Assembly: GCF_006345805.1 (NCBI RefSeq)
Contig: NW_021832124.1
Span: 186,001 to 250,000 of the forward strand
DNA from: Octopus sinensis
Taxonomy: Eukaryota
Direction of reading: 5' to 3'
Length of the DNA: 64,000 nucleotides
A program made the position numbers and the translations under genes. Within the stretch, counting starts at the first letter, position 1; each line of letters opens with the position of its first letter. Below are positions 12,156 to 25,724 of the stretch, piece after piece. The notes beneath the pieces were generated by a model. It did not search any database. It worked only from the letters and a program-made list of their open reading frames with translations, and was not told where the DNA came from.

Positions 12156-12489
12156 GTCTTAGTTGGCCTTATTTATTATCAAAGATGTTTAAAAATAATA
12201 CTTTTATCTGACTTGTGAGGTCTAGTTTGGTGAATGTCAACATTATAAAGTGTGCTGGTTTTTCAAGGATTAGTCATTGCAAGTTATGGTTGTGTTATTT
12301 TTACTGTGAAAGACCACCCACTTTTAAGAACACTATTTTGTGAGGAGGAATGAGACTTGAAACTGAAAAAAGTACAAATCGTAGTTGAAACATTGCAAAA
12401 AACTGGCTTTTGTACATTAAGATAAGATAAGTTTATTTGTCTCAAAAAAGATATTGGACATAAAGTTATTCACAAAGTTGTCCATCGCT

Positions 12490-13560
12490 ATTTCCTTCTC
12501 CTCTCTATAAACTTTCTGAACTGGCTTTCGACAAGGTCATAAAAACGTTTTCTGAAAGCTCGATATTTGCTCTCGTAGATTTACGCCAAAGGCCGCCTTG
12601 AGCGCTAGTCTCCTCGTTTTTTTCAGTAGTTTAATAATCCTTGCCTTAGAAGGGGACAAGATCCACCCTTCCAGCCCATACATCAGCACAGGAAGAATGG
12701 CTACTCGGAAAATGAATAGTACCGTCGCAGGAGATAGGCGAAAGAAATATGATCATTTGTGTACACCGTTTTTTCCTTAGAATAATGTCTTCGTCACACT
12801 TTCCATTTTCAGAAAATTTAACTCCCAGGTATAAAAACGATTGGGTCTTCCGAATAAAGTCAATCATGTTTGATAAGGCTTTTGCACTTCTTTTTGCTGA
12901 TACTTGAGTGAGCGTGCAATTGACAGAGTCAAGTACTTTACTGCCATCCACTGTTTTATTTGCTTTAAGTAAATACTCGGGATAACGTACGATACACTCT
13001 TTATCATTTCGCCAACACATTGAAAACTTGATTCACAAATGTGAAATGAACGCCATCCGCTCACTCACCGGACCAGACTTTGGACAAAACAAGGAATGCT
13101 TAATATTCCTATACAAACAATACATTGACAGTGTCAAGTACTTTACTGCCATTCACTGTTTTATTTGCTCTAAGTAGAATTTTAGTTTCATTTCCGATGT
13201 TGTAGGTAGGACTGTTTCGTCCATAAATAAGCACGCTAGCTGAGATGCACATTGGTTTTGGAAAGTCTGTCATGTACACGTTGAATAGTAATGAGCTGAG
13301 AACTGATCCTTCAGGTACTCCCCTTTTTTGGAGAATGGCTTTTAAATCTTGGCCAAGGTATTTGACAGAGGAGATTCTCCAATTCAAAAAGCTCGCTAAC
13401 CATCCAAGGGTTTCCGCATCGATGTCACAATTTTCAAGATTTTTCAGCAAGACTGAGTGACAGACAGTCAAAAGCTTTCGATGCATCCAAGCAGACAATA
13501 CTGGTCGATAAGAATTATTCCTTCTGATTCCAATGAAATGCAAAAATAAAAACGACATAA
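12490..13560 (-). mobile_element. Mosaic of decayed non-LTR RT fragments with internal duplication and an inverted LINE patch
   Basis: RGVPEGSVLSSLLFNVYM (RT motif), FLYLGVKF. ~58 bp duplicated at 12920-12977 and 13126-13183. Confidence 0.75.
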
Positions 13561-13938
13561 AGTAAAAAAAAGGACATCATAAAAATCATCCCCGTGCTCC
13601 CACGTGGCACAATTTATTAGGTTTGCCATGAATAATTAAGATAATTAAAAAAAAAAATTAATCAATAATTGATAAAAAATAAGCTTTATTTTAATTAAAA
13701 CTATTTTATATTTTAAAGGCTCTCGGGGCGCATTTTTGACACCCTGACTTAAGCTGTTTATATCTAAAATTGTAGTTTCTTATTTCAAATATTCTGATGC
13801 GCAAAAATGGGTTAATCATGAAACTCACGTTTGCTAAAATATTTTATAAAAGTCCACAAATTGAGGATAGGTAAATTTGTACAAAATAAGATAAGAATAA
13901 AAACAAATAAATAAGTTTGAGTTTCAAAAACGAATTTA

Positions 13939-14275
13939 TACAGTCCCGGCCAAATTTTAGAGGCACCGTATTTTTTTCTTAAAAATGCATATTTTTAGCA
14001 AAACTAGTTTTAAGTGAAGGACTTGATAATTTGTACGAGAAAGTGTATCTTGTTCAGCAAGAGGGAGCGACCTGTCATACATCCAGGTCAACCAAAGAAT
14101 ACCTCACTAAAAATAATATAAATCTGGCCGAGTCAGTCTCCGGACTTGAAAACAGTCGAAAATCTTTGGTCGATTTTAAAAAATAGAATGAGAAACGTCA
14201 ATGCGTCCTCAATTCAGGAATTATGCAGTGAGACAAAAAATGCATGGAATAACATCGACAGTGATGTCGTTTTAA
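13939..14275 (+). mobile_element. Truncated Tc1/mariner element (TA + left TIR, DD34E catalytic fragment)
   Basis: TA|CAGTCCCGGCCAAA terminus. FQQEGATCHTSRSTKEYL...WPSQSPDLKTVENLWSILK is the Tc1 QQDxAxxH...WPxxSPDLNPIENxW motif. Cut on the right by the LINE 3' end. Confidence 0.8.
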
Positions 14276-14279
14276 GTTC

Positions 14280-16760
14280 GACCCGATCTTTGCGGCTGAG
14301 ATCCTTTTTAGCTGAGTTTATTTTTGAGGGCTGATTGTTGAGGATATTGTTTGCGGTTAGTGCGTTCAAGGAGGATTTAGTTATTAGTTCTTTTATTTAC
14401 GATGGTTTTTTGTTGGGGAATGAGCTTAGGATACGGCTGTAGTGGAATGCTGGTGTGTTTTTGATGTTCCTGTCAGGGTTTGGTGTTGTCGTGAGATTGT
14501 GATTTGAGTAGTGTTTGATCATACGCGCGAAAGCGAAGAATTGAGTTCCACAGATGTCGTAATGGTCTGCAAGTTTGATCATGTTGGTTTCCTGATGCAT
14601 ATGGTCGGTCGGAGTAGACTTCATACAACCCGTAATGATTTTGAATGTTTGGTTTTGGATTGATTGTAACTTCTGAAGGAGTGTTTTTGACAGGAGAGAC
14701 ACACATGATGGACTTGCGTAGTCCAATGTTGGAAAAATGTATTGTTTCTATAGAAGTATTAAACATTCCTTGTTTTGTCCAAAGTCTGTTCCGGTAAGTG
14801 AGCGGATGACATTCATTTTACATTTGTGAATCAGGTTTTCAATGTGTTGGCGAAATGATAAAGAGGAGAATTTAAATATTGTTAATTCTGATTGTCGAAG
14901 TGAAATTGTGTTTTCGTGTATTACTTGTTAGAAGAGTGGCTGATGATTTAGTTGGTGATAGAGATAGACCGTTTAAAGTGATCCAGTTATAAAGGGTATC
15001 AATGAATGGCTGAACTTGACGACATGCTGCCGTTGGATTTGTGTTTGATGACGTGATCGTAATATCATCTGCGTACAGGAACAGAGATACATTTTCGGGT
15101 GGTGTAGGAATTTCACTTAGGTAAGTGTCGAAAAGTGTGGGGGATAGGACTGAGCCCTGAGGTACTCCATTGGGGAGGATGCATGTATTTGAGCGTTTTT
15201 GTCTCTCACCAAGATATTTGGATATCCATCGTTTTGAGTTATTATCGATATTTGTGTTGATGATTTTGTTTATTAGTGTGAATCGCGGAATGGATTCAAA
15301 AGCTTTGCTTAGATCCAGAGTGATTAATATTGTCCGAAGGAGAGGGTTTTTTCTTGAATCCGTTTGATATTGTTTGTAATATTTGTGAGTAAAGTTGTCG
15401 TCAAATGATATTGTCTGAAGCCATTTTGCGTTTTGCTAATTGGAAGTTTATGAGATATTCTGTTTAAAATTAGACGTTCCATTATTTTTGAGGAGGTGCA
15501 CAAAAGTGTGATTGGTCTGTATGATGATGGGTCGGCAGCTGGTTTATGTAGTTTTAATTTCGTGACAATTTCCCAATTTTCCATATTCTCGGGATGGTGT
15601 TGTTGCTAAAAGATTCATTTAGTATCGATATGAGATATTTTAATCAATGATCACCCAGACCTTTAAGGTGGAAACTGCTAATGTTGTCGGGTCCAGTTGC
15701 ATGGGATTGTTTGAGATTGTAAATTACGTTTTTTACTTCTTCTTGGGTGAATGGATTGGGATTGTGGTCAAAGGGATATTTTGTACTCGTAATTTGTGTG
15801 AGTGACAGTCTCGTTTGCGGTTGCTGATGTTCTTGAAGTGTTTCATCAACAGATCGGCATGTTCTTTGTTAGTGAGTATACCATTTTTGGATTTTATAGA
15901 CTCATGGTTTCTCCATCGTTGGAGTTAACGATTCTGTTTATTGTTTTGAAGAGTGTTTTTGTTTTGTAGTATTGGTGAACTAACGCCAGTTTTCTTTTTT
16001 CCTTTCCTTGAGTTTGTTAGATATCTTCTTTTTTAGTTCCCTTAGTCGAGTGGCATTATCCGTGATTCCTGACCGAGACGTATTTTGTTTGAGGTTGTCA
16101 CGAGTTTTCATTAAATCTGGTATTTCCTTGGTGTAGTTCGGGTTATATTTCCTTATGTTCCCCATGGGATATGTCTTCGCTTCTTTCGAAACAAAAATAT
16201 GATGATTCATATCACCAACCTACATTAAAAATTAAAAAGAATTAAAACTTTCAATGGACAGGCAAATTTACATACTTCACAATTTCGAATGACTTTTCTG
16301 ATTATGTCATTTTTAACAATGAAGTATCTTTGTCGAAACTCATATTCAATCTTATTTACTCCTCCGTGTAAATATTTGAGATACAATCTGCGCATTAATC
16401 GTAAATCTAGAGTACCTTTCATTGATTTTTGTAAAATTCTCGATCTTTTTTATAAGTCTATTTTTTGCTTTCCTAGAAAAATCTTCCGGAAATTTATTTT
16501 CGATCTGTCAAGTCGTATAGTCGAATAATCTGGAATTTTTGGCGTTTTATGTTTTTCATTTAATTTGTTTTCTTTTATTAAGGCAATATCGATGTTGTTT
16601 GAGATAATAAAGTGTTTGAACTCCATGAATTTGTTTTGGATTCCGTTCAATTGGAGAATATTTATTTTATTCTGACGCTTTGGACTGGAAATGGTGTGAT
16701 CCTTTTGGATCTGCCTGCTTTCTAGTCATGGCCGCCTAAGAGTGTTACCCCGAGGGACTA
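14280..16760 (-). mobile_element. Decayed APE-RT LINE (Jockey/L2-like), internally deleted
   Basis: APE N-terminus (NGIQNK...IDIALIKENKL), SSYRPITLLCTSSKIMERLIL, DLSKAF, GVPQGSVLSPTLF, YADD at ~15070, DYASPS...LQSIQN. Multiple frameshifts. Confidence 0.9.
16225..16422 (-). mobile_element. Fragment resembling the LTR-retrotransposon integrase H2C2 zinc-binding region, embedded in the LINE
   Basis: YLHGGVNKIEYEFRQRYFIVKNDIIRKVIRNCEVCK fits the HxGxxK...RY...IxxCxxC pattern of Ty3/gypsy integrases. Confidence 0.55.
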
Positions 16761-17027
16761 TTGAGGAACAATTCCTCTGTAGATACAGATCTGATAACTC
16801 CATTAGAGCGCCCATGTTGACCTGATGAAATATTAAAAACGCTGATTGGTTAAATAAACAGTTCCCATCGTAAAATGAAATTAAAAATCAATTTTATTTG
16901 TCAATCTTATTTTGGAAAAAAACCTTAAAAAATATTTTTTTAATCCCAAATAAGCAGAAAGGGTTATTAAAGACTCAGTAAACACACACATTTATTAATA
17001 AGAACCAAAATAATAAAATACGAACTA

Positions 17028-18902
17028 TTATAAAGATTTTTCAACAAAGTCTTTGAGAACGAGCTGTTTATAGTCATCAATAGTGCCATCCCACACATCG
17101 ACAGAGCCCTTTCGACATATCCAAATATCCTCAGCCACCTGAGAGATAAGCCTGAAGTCGTGGGACACCAGAATAACCCCTCCAGGGAAATCAACAAGGG
17201 CATCAGCAAGAGCATCGATAGTCTCCATGTCCAAATGATTCGTCGGCTCGTCCAGCAGGAGAATGTGCGGTCTCTGCCAAGCCAACCAAGCGAAGGTGAC
17301 ACGACAGCGCTGCCCGTCACTCAAATTCCTCATCACACAGACTTGTTGCTGTCCCGACAGACCATACCGGCCAATTATCTTCCTCATGTCCTCAATTTCC
17401 TTGACTTGGGGAAACTGCTTCATCATCCAATTGAGGGCGGACATATCCAAGTCAAGAATGTCCTGCAAGTGCTGATGATATCTCCCAAACTTGAGGTGGG
17501 CATTCCGCCTAATTGCCCCTTCCGTGGGCACCAACTTAACCATAAAACACACAAAACACCTCGTCGCATATCAGTTTGAGAAAAGTGGACTTTCCGGCCC
17601 CATTTCTGCCCACAAGTGCCAATCGAGTGTCCAAGTCAATCCCAAACTCCAAATTACGGAAAACGAAAGGCTCCTGCCCACTATAACTGAAGGACACGTT
17701 CTGAATCATAATCACAGGAGGCGGAATATCCGAACACCCAAAAAATGTGAACGCAGGAGCCTTCTCAGCCCCACTGGCCAACATGGCAGTACTCGTCCTC
17801 TCCATCATCCGATTCATTTGCTTCTCCCTACTTTTGGCCTGTCGAGCCAATTTGGCAGTCCCATGTCCGAATCGTGCAACGTAGTTCTTGAGGTGCTGCA
17901 TCTTCCCCTGCTCCCACTGCTGTCTCTTCTGCTGATTCTCCTCCATGTTGGCCCGAATGGTCACATACGAGTCATAATTCCCCTTAAATCACTCGCCACC
18001 ACTCACAGTGAACAAATGCAGCTTCTTTTTGAACATCAACAACACTCGTGTGCAGACTCCATTCAGGAAATCCTGCGAGTGGGAGACCACCACCAGAATG
18101 CCCTGGAAACTGCATTTAGTCACAAAGACTACGATTGGAGTTCCCTTTCCAGCCAAACACACGACTCGAGGTCCAAATGATTGGTCGGCTCGTCCAATAG
18201 GAGTAGGAGAGGACGAATTAGAAGAGCTCGGGCAAGGGAGACCCTCATCCGCCACCCACCGGAAAACGAGTTGAGAGGACGCTGCTGCATTTCGTTTGTA
18301 AATCCAAGACCGAACAGAATTTTGGCTGCCTTTGGACGGATTTTGTCAGGATCGATCAGGTCGAGTCGGTCGTAGATTGACATGAGGAGTTCATGGGACT
18401 CGGGACTGTCGGAGACCGCCAACTGGACGCTCTGTTCCTCAAAAATGGCACGTTCGGAGTCCACGTTGATTACACAGTCAATGACAGACTCCTCTGTGGA
18501 ATCCATTTCCTTGTGTAAATGATAAATGTCGATTTCAGGAGGAATGGGGAGATCACGGGCAGCAAGGGCACTCAGCAGGGTGGACTTGCCTTAATATGAC
18601 AGGCATTGGGTAATACCACAGCCATTACTCCAATCAGGCCATATCTCTGTCCGTAGTTGAGCTCAATCGAGGTGTCCATGAGAAGTTCAGTTCCGTGGTA
18701 GATGAGGCTTACTCCGTCGATGTGGACATCACGGGAATCGCCCTGTGAGGATAGTACCCCAGTACACGACCTGTATGCCTGTTCGGGGTCATTCTTGTTC
18801 TCTAATACCACAGCTTTGTGTGTTTTATACATAAAAGTTACTTTTTACAATTTTCGGCTCAGGTTTTTTTTTATTCCCCTTTCTCCTGTTATCAGATGGC
18901 AT
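17028..18902 (-). CDS. ABCF2: ABC-F family ATPase ABCF2; several short introns; one apparent 1-nt deletion at ~18628
   Basis: MPSD start, RSCTGVL, YGLIG(x)[21 protein letters not shown]...[34 protein letters not shown]...[17 protein letters not shown]. Confidence 0.95.
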
Positions 18903-19239
18903 AGCACGAAAACAAAACGCGGAGAATAATTTATTATAATTATCAATCCACATTAGACTTAATTAATTTGTGATATTTATTCATTTAAAAAAGGGAGATT
19001 GTTCCCAATCCATTTAATTCCCTATCAGGGTCAGTCACCATACCTCCCTTAGTTGTCTTTATAGCATGGTCAGTAGCAGATGGTAGTACAGAGGACAGTA
19101 TAGTGCTTGGAGGAGTACAGAATGTAGTGATTTACAATTATTTTGCAAATAGTTCTTTTTAATGTTCTCTTTGTCTAGAATTGCTATTTAGAGGCAACAC
19201 ATTTGCGATTGTAATTCCACTTGCTTTTGAAAGTTAGTT

Positions 19240-19830
19240 AGTAAGTGCCTAAGGTTTCGCACATGCCGTACTTTCAACTATCCTTCCAGTCAGTTTTTTC
19301 CATCCAGCCATGTTTGGAAATGTCTCTAAGATTGTCACCAGTTTTAAGTCGGTCGTCAATTCCTCAGGCAGAAGGAAGCATGCGTCTTGGCCGACCCCGA
19401 AATCCAATTCCGTGAGAAAAGCGTCTAGTCTGTCAAAATCCGTTTTCGATGTTCCCCATGTTCCCGAGTTGTATAATAGGATTGATAGTACGAACGCATC
19501 ATACAGACGTGTCCGAAGATTTAGAGAGATAAGTTTTCTGTGTGTCCAGATACTCCACATCTTTCTTAGTGCACATGACGCCAACATTTTTCTGCGGTCA
19601 ATGTCCTCAGCATCGTCCGAGCCTTTTAGTAAACCTCCACTTCTCGTTCCCAGTCGACAGCCGCTGAATCAAAGTTAAGTTCGTCTCTTCCGAATTGATC
19701 TTCAGGGATCTCCTCCACATCCTCAAATACAAAACCGATGTCGTCGACGTATATTAGTTCCACAAAATGATTATTTAAGTGATGCAACCTTTTGAAAAAG
19801 TGCAAAAATATCAACTCACTCTTGAAAGAA
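19240..19830 (-). mobile_element. Decayed RTE-like RT fragment
   Basis: YVDDI RT motif, then LRTRLYDAFVLSILLYNSGTW C-terminal motif. Confidence 0.7.
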
Positions 19831-20001
19831 ACACAAGTCCAACAATCTTGCGATTTAAATACACCCTTGTTTATTTAAATCGTTGATGAATAAGAGTTCG
19901 CATAATCTAGCCTTGTTTTATTCCCACAATTTACCAAGTCCATAACTTTAGCCAACTGTTGCTGTTTCCAAGGAAATTGTTTAGGAGGCTGTGGTTAGAA
20001 C

Positions 20002-23000
20002 ATGTCAGAGAAAGCACTCATGGACTGCAACCTTCTGAAGGACCTTGGCGAATTGGTTGGTTGGTCAGCTGACTGTCAGTGTTCTTCAAGCGGGATTAAT
20101 GTCGACATAGTCAAGCAGAAGAACGATTGGAAGTCGATTGAAGAACTGTTCTTGTTCTTTGGCCTTAAATTCGACTGTCGGTCCTTGACCCCACTGAAAA
20201 ACCTAAACAAACTAAAAATAATTGCCTGCAATATATCAAACCCTTCCGAACTGAGCAAACTGACCAGTCTGGGAGAATTGTGGGTGTGCGAGTGTGAGTT
20301 GACAGTATTATTTCCATTTATTAATAAAGAGTGTCATTCCTCTCCAATCGTGCACACATTTGAGACACCTTTACCTATTCGACAATCAAATCACGGTGAT
20401 TGATAATTTGGACAAAATGTGTGCTCTGGAAGTATTGTGGCTCAGTAACAACCAAATAAAGTTAATTGAGGTAAATTGGGCGTGTCATTCGAGGGATTGG
20501 ACGACTGTGGCAACCTACGAGTTCTCAACATTGCAGGCAATCAAATCTCAACGACTAGTAGTTCTCGTTTGTAGTACAATCAGGCAATTCATTGGGCAAA
20601 TTGACAAATCTACAAGACCTCAATTTGGCAGGGAATCAACTCTCTTCGTTTTCTGTAGTGAATGTCACTCCACGTGATTAGGAAGTACAAAAGTTACAAC
20701 AACTCAAGTCGCTCAAGTCCCTCGTTTTCAATCAAAAATTGTATTCCAATAACCCTCTCGTGGACAACAGCAATTATTTGAATATTCTGCTTCACCTCCT
20801 GCCCACCCTCGTCGAGTTGGACGACGTCATCCTGACTGAGGAAATGTTCAGGCAAAGTCGGGTTTGGTTCAAAATGTAATTGCAGGACTATTTCACAAAA
20901 AAGCACATGCTTTACAGATTCGAATTGTTCAACGACCTCACACGGGAAAGGAAAGCCAAGTTTGATGCCAAGTTTGATAACTACGTCGAGGAATTGGAAG
21001 ATCACCACAAGGAGCTGACAAGGATGATTAAAACAGTCATTTGCTGTTATTCCATTTTTAGATCAACCGAAGTCTGACTGCTTGTGGAATGTATGGAGTG
21101 GACAGTTCTGAATACACTCGCTTGTCCGAGGTTAGAGTCCCTCATTAAGTTACCGAGGGGGACAAATGTGAGTTGAGGGAACTGGAGAAGCGACTTGTAA
21201 ATGTCGAAAGTGATATTTCCCAGTATTCTTATCATGTCTATTCAGAGCTGACAAAATGTACACAAACACTCTCCGTCGAATTGAACGAAATCAATTTTTT
21301 GATCGACAGATTAAACAAGTCGAGTTCGAAATGTGTGGAGACTTGACTGTCCTCGAAGTGAGTCCGGACGATTCCTCGTGAGCATCGACTGGATTCATTT
21401 CACAGGTTTACGGAATGTGCAGAACTGTTGAAAACATTTGTGTGCAATAGACAGTTACGCGACATGGGCATTGCTCGACTGCGTATTCACAGATTACAAA
21501 GTATAAGGCAACGGCGTGCAGAAGAGACCATTCCCCATTCGTATCACATTCGGTGATTGACAGGCCAACAGAGAGTGGACTACTTTGCTTTGTTGTTCAT
21601 TTAATATAGTCCTCAATGTTATGGTTTGATGTGTCTGTCACATGACAGGACACCCCTGAATTCACCAACTCGCTAAACTACTTATTACACAAACAGGGAA
21701 TCAGTCTGCCTATTCGTCACGACAGAAAATATGGTCGTAAACTGCTAATTGATTAGTTTTAGTGAGTCTATTACTGGTGGAGTGTTATATTGGCCATTCC
21801 AACGTTGAATCGAAGGCTGACATAAAGTAATGTTACGTAATAGTCGTAGATTGTTTGTGAACAAGAGTGAGGAGTGTGATGAGTGTAGTGGACACTTTTC
21901 CCGATATAAATTCAAATCAAATGACTTGCTGCGTCCTGTTTTCCTGGTTGACGTAGAATTCGTACTTTTAAAGGTCAAATTCCTTTTTTTAATCAAAGGA
22001 CTCAAAATGGGACATTTCTTGCTGGGATTTTGAAATTAAATTAAACAAACTTACCAACTTTAGTCCAATAAAAGTCTCCTCAGAGACCCTAAAGGCACTA
22101 CTCAACAAAAAAGTTGACAAAAAGTAATTCTATTTTTCATGTCTAAGGTTCCTAAATGAAGACAGGCCTCATGTCAACGTCCATGGAATACAAGGACTGT
22201 CGTTGAAGGACTTTAGAGGAGGCGACATTGTCAAACTCGATCTTTCACACACAAATTTGACAAGTCTTTTGGGTTTAGACGAACTCGTCAATTTGAGCTA
22301 TCTGGACGTGTCGGATAATAATATTAGAGATATAGAAGTGAAGCAGGTTGACTAGTCGAGACACTTGCAGACTAACCACCGTCTACAAACACTGATAATC
22401 CATTCGAATATGTTGTCAGATCTCCCACTCTGTGTCGACATTTTGGCCACTTATTTCTCGAATATTGCACAATTGGACTTGAGATTTAACTTATTTGAGA
22501 GGAATCTGAACAGGACATTGATTCTCTCTAAACTACCCAAACTTGTGTCACTCAACAATACAGATGTAAGTGGAGTGCTGAGAACACCCATAAACACCAG
22601 CATACAAACATACATCAAACTGGTTGCTAGACTGACCACATTTCAGGGACTGTGCCAAACAAGCAACACAGCAGAACTACAACCCACTCTCAGTCCCAGG
22701 ACAGTCTGTTCTCAGCTGATATCGTCCAGTAAAGGACACAACCTTGGACTGGTAGTCTCCAACTGGGAATTGTTAGATCACTACTCTGATGGCTACACAC
22801 GCTAACATAACAGGATCAATTGATATATCTGCACTGAGGAATGTTAGGTGGCTTTCAATGCAGTATAATAACATTAATGAGATTAAAGTGAGTGATGTGG
22901 TGGTCAGTCTAAGGGCATCGAGAACTGTGTGCTACTCGAGGAACTAATTTTATCGAATAATATATTGACAAATGTGGACTGGATGAGTAGTCTTCCCAAT

Positions 23001-24508
23001 CTGAATTATGTGGATATATCTCATAACCGGATTCTTACATTGCCGGATAATCTAAATAGTGATAAACTCTATTATTTTGACGCATCACATAACAAATTGG
23101 ACAAATTTTACCCTCTCTCTGCACTAAAAAATTTATCAGAACTTTATTTAAAGGCCAACCAGATATATAATGTTAAAGAAATATATTATTTTAAAGTATA
23201 TTAAATAACTAAAATGAAGAAATTGGCAGAATTATACATAATTGATCTACGAGAGAATGCAATGTCTCACGACCCAGTAAACTTCATAATTTACAACATT
23301 CCCACTCTCCTGTATGTCAATTCGATCAAAATTGTACTCCACTCCTCACATAAATAGACAACTGGGCTTCTCATAGAAGCAAAAAACACCTACGACGGCC
23401 TCCTGGACGACCAAATGCTTATAAAACTCACAAACAAGCCTGAATGTGAGATTTCTAAAACATTGTTTACTCTGAACTACCAAAAAATAAAACGAGTGCA
23501 CTTGGAAATCACCCAGACCTTGAATAACCTCAAAAAGTAGACATTTTAATCACACCCGCAGTATTGACTTGTCGCACAATGATTTGAAACATTTTGACAT
23601 ATTTGTGCACTTCAATCATTTGAGAGTGACTGTCTGTTCTCATGTGATAGGCCCTGAATTTGAACTGCAATAAAATCGAGAGTCTGCAACCACCAGTCCC
23701 CACTCTAAAGGACTCGGACTTGTTCACAAATCTGGAAATCCTCACCCTCAGTCACAACCTTATTAGGGATATTGGAAGGGTGGAGTTGGAGAGAATGCCC
23801 AATGTGGTTGTTCTCAATATTTCTTGTAAGAAATTGTGTTATAAATATAAGCAAACCAACTCACAAACCTCGACTTTAAAGAACCCTTTCCTCGACTGGG
23901 AGTAATCGACGTGAGTTCGAATAAACTTGAGAAAATCACCACAAAGTCGACTTTCCCGTCCCTGTTCCACGCCAATCTGTCCAACAACAAACTCAAGTCG
24001 ACAACATTCCTCCATTCAATGATGAAATTGGAATATCTTATGTTGGAATCGAACAGAATTCAGGTTAGCTGAGTGTCCTTTTTTGCAGAACTTGGACGAA
24101 ATCGAGAAAATCTCAGCCCTCACTTTCCTGAGAGAACTCTCCATATCAAGCAACCCAGTAGTGGTGAGATTAGTCATTCCTAAGATCACGCGTAAGTTCA
24201 ACTGCGGGCCACACATGATTGCTGTGCTTCCCCAATTGGACAAGTTGAACGGGAATGAAATAACCACTGATGATGTCACTCGTGCACAAAAAATGTTCGA
24301 ACATGTCGAGTCGGAGGAGGCATGTAACAACACTCAGTCTCCACTTCCTGCTGGGTCGCCCATCAAGATATCTCCAATGACTTGCAGAAAAACCAAATTC
24401 TCAAAATGCCTGCCCAAAAAAGAGGACGAGCTGAGCGTAATCGGGACTCAGAGTATAATTGTTCCTTCATTTCTTGTAGTCTGTCATGCAACAAAAAAGT
24501 ATAAATAA
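20002..24508 (+). CDS. LRRC9: Leucine-rich repeat-containing protein 9-like (ciliary), multi-intron
   Basis: N-terminal IEELFLFF...LGELWVCECEL, many LxxLxLxxNxI repeats, central coiled coil, C-terminal LRELSISSNP...MIAVLPQLDKLNGNEIT. Exact exon structure not fully resolved. Confidence 0.75.
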
Positions 24509-24747
24509 CCTTATTAAATTCTATTTATTTATAAATCGTCCTTTAAGACAGCACCCCTAATGTCAAAATAGAGCACACAACCCCTAGTTTAAAAAATTCT
24601 AAAACAAGTGAAGCACACGAGATTAATCGAGTCAACTTAATAAATCTTAGTCAGTTCGCAAATTAATATTCAGTATAACAAAACAGTCAAATGTAAATTA
24701 AATGTGAAAACAAATCAGAAAAGAGAATAATAACCAACAAAATTAGA

Positions 24748-25585
24748 TTATTTGGACTTGATAGCAGCAAGCAATTTTGACTTGCTGGCACCGCGAAGAC
24801 GTCCAGTCCTCCTCGCAGCAATAAGTCCAACCTTCCGTCCCGGAGGAGCATTACGACTAGTCGTGGAGGCCTTCCCAATGTGCTGGTGATTCCCACCACC
24901 AAACGGGTGTTCCGTCGGCTACAAATAACCACCATTTTCTCACATTCATTGCCACTCCTCTCACACGGGGCCAACACTTGCGTTTTCTCTTGTACTTCCA
25001 GTAAGCCCTCCCTGCCTTCAACAAGGGCTTCTCAAGACGTCCGCCTCCTGCCACAACCCCCACCACGGCTCGGTTGGTGGACGGAAATGTCTTTTTTATG
25101 CCAGAGGGGAGTTTTATTCGAGTAGTCCGGGCCTCCACGTTGTGGGAAATGACTGTGCTGTACCCTCCCGATGCACGTGACAACTTTCCTCGATCTCCAC
25201 ACTTTTCCTCCAATGAACTAATAATGGTCCCCTCAGGCATGGCTCCAATGGGCAGGACATTCCCGATGGACAGAGAGGCTAAGTGTGTCACCCAAACTAG
25301 TCAACCCTTCACTCCGCAGTATATGTGCTGGCCTGTGTAGAGTCCTTCTACGGCAGAGAAATGGTGAGACAGTCGACGGTATTTCTTGAGATCTCTGAAT
25401 TCGACCTTGGCTAAGGGAGCCCCTCGTCCAGGGTCGTGGATGATATCTTTCACGACTCCTTTTATATATCCGTGTTTTTCGGCGTAGTCGATGGGTCTTA
25501 ATTTTGCTGGGGCCTTCCTAAAGTGTGTCCTCGCCTTGAATATAGATCCTGCGCCCTTCCTTTGTGCTAAGATTACTCGTCCCAT
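24748..25585 (-). CDS. RPL8: 60S ribosomal protein L8 (uL2); introns of 27 and 25 nt
   Basis: [48 protein letters not shown]|[28 protein letters not shown]. Confidence 0.97.
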
Positions 25586-25724
25586 TTGATAAAGAACAGT
25601 AACAACAAAAAATAATTATTCACGTGTGAGATATTAATTTCTTAATAATATATTTAAGTATTAATAAATATAAAGAATTAAAATTAATTATCCAAAAAAT
25701 GTTTTGGGCTAAATTTATGTTCAT

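Noticed and set aside
13700-13820. piggyBac-like TTAA-CCC terminus
   Set aside because: Only one putative end, with no partner TIR or transposase seen.
16800-16860. CTGATGA hammerhead-ribozyme core near the LINE 5' end
   Set aside because: No stem II/GAAA arrangement or closing helices could be identified by eye.
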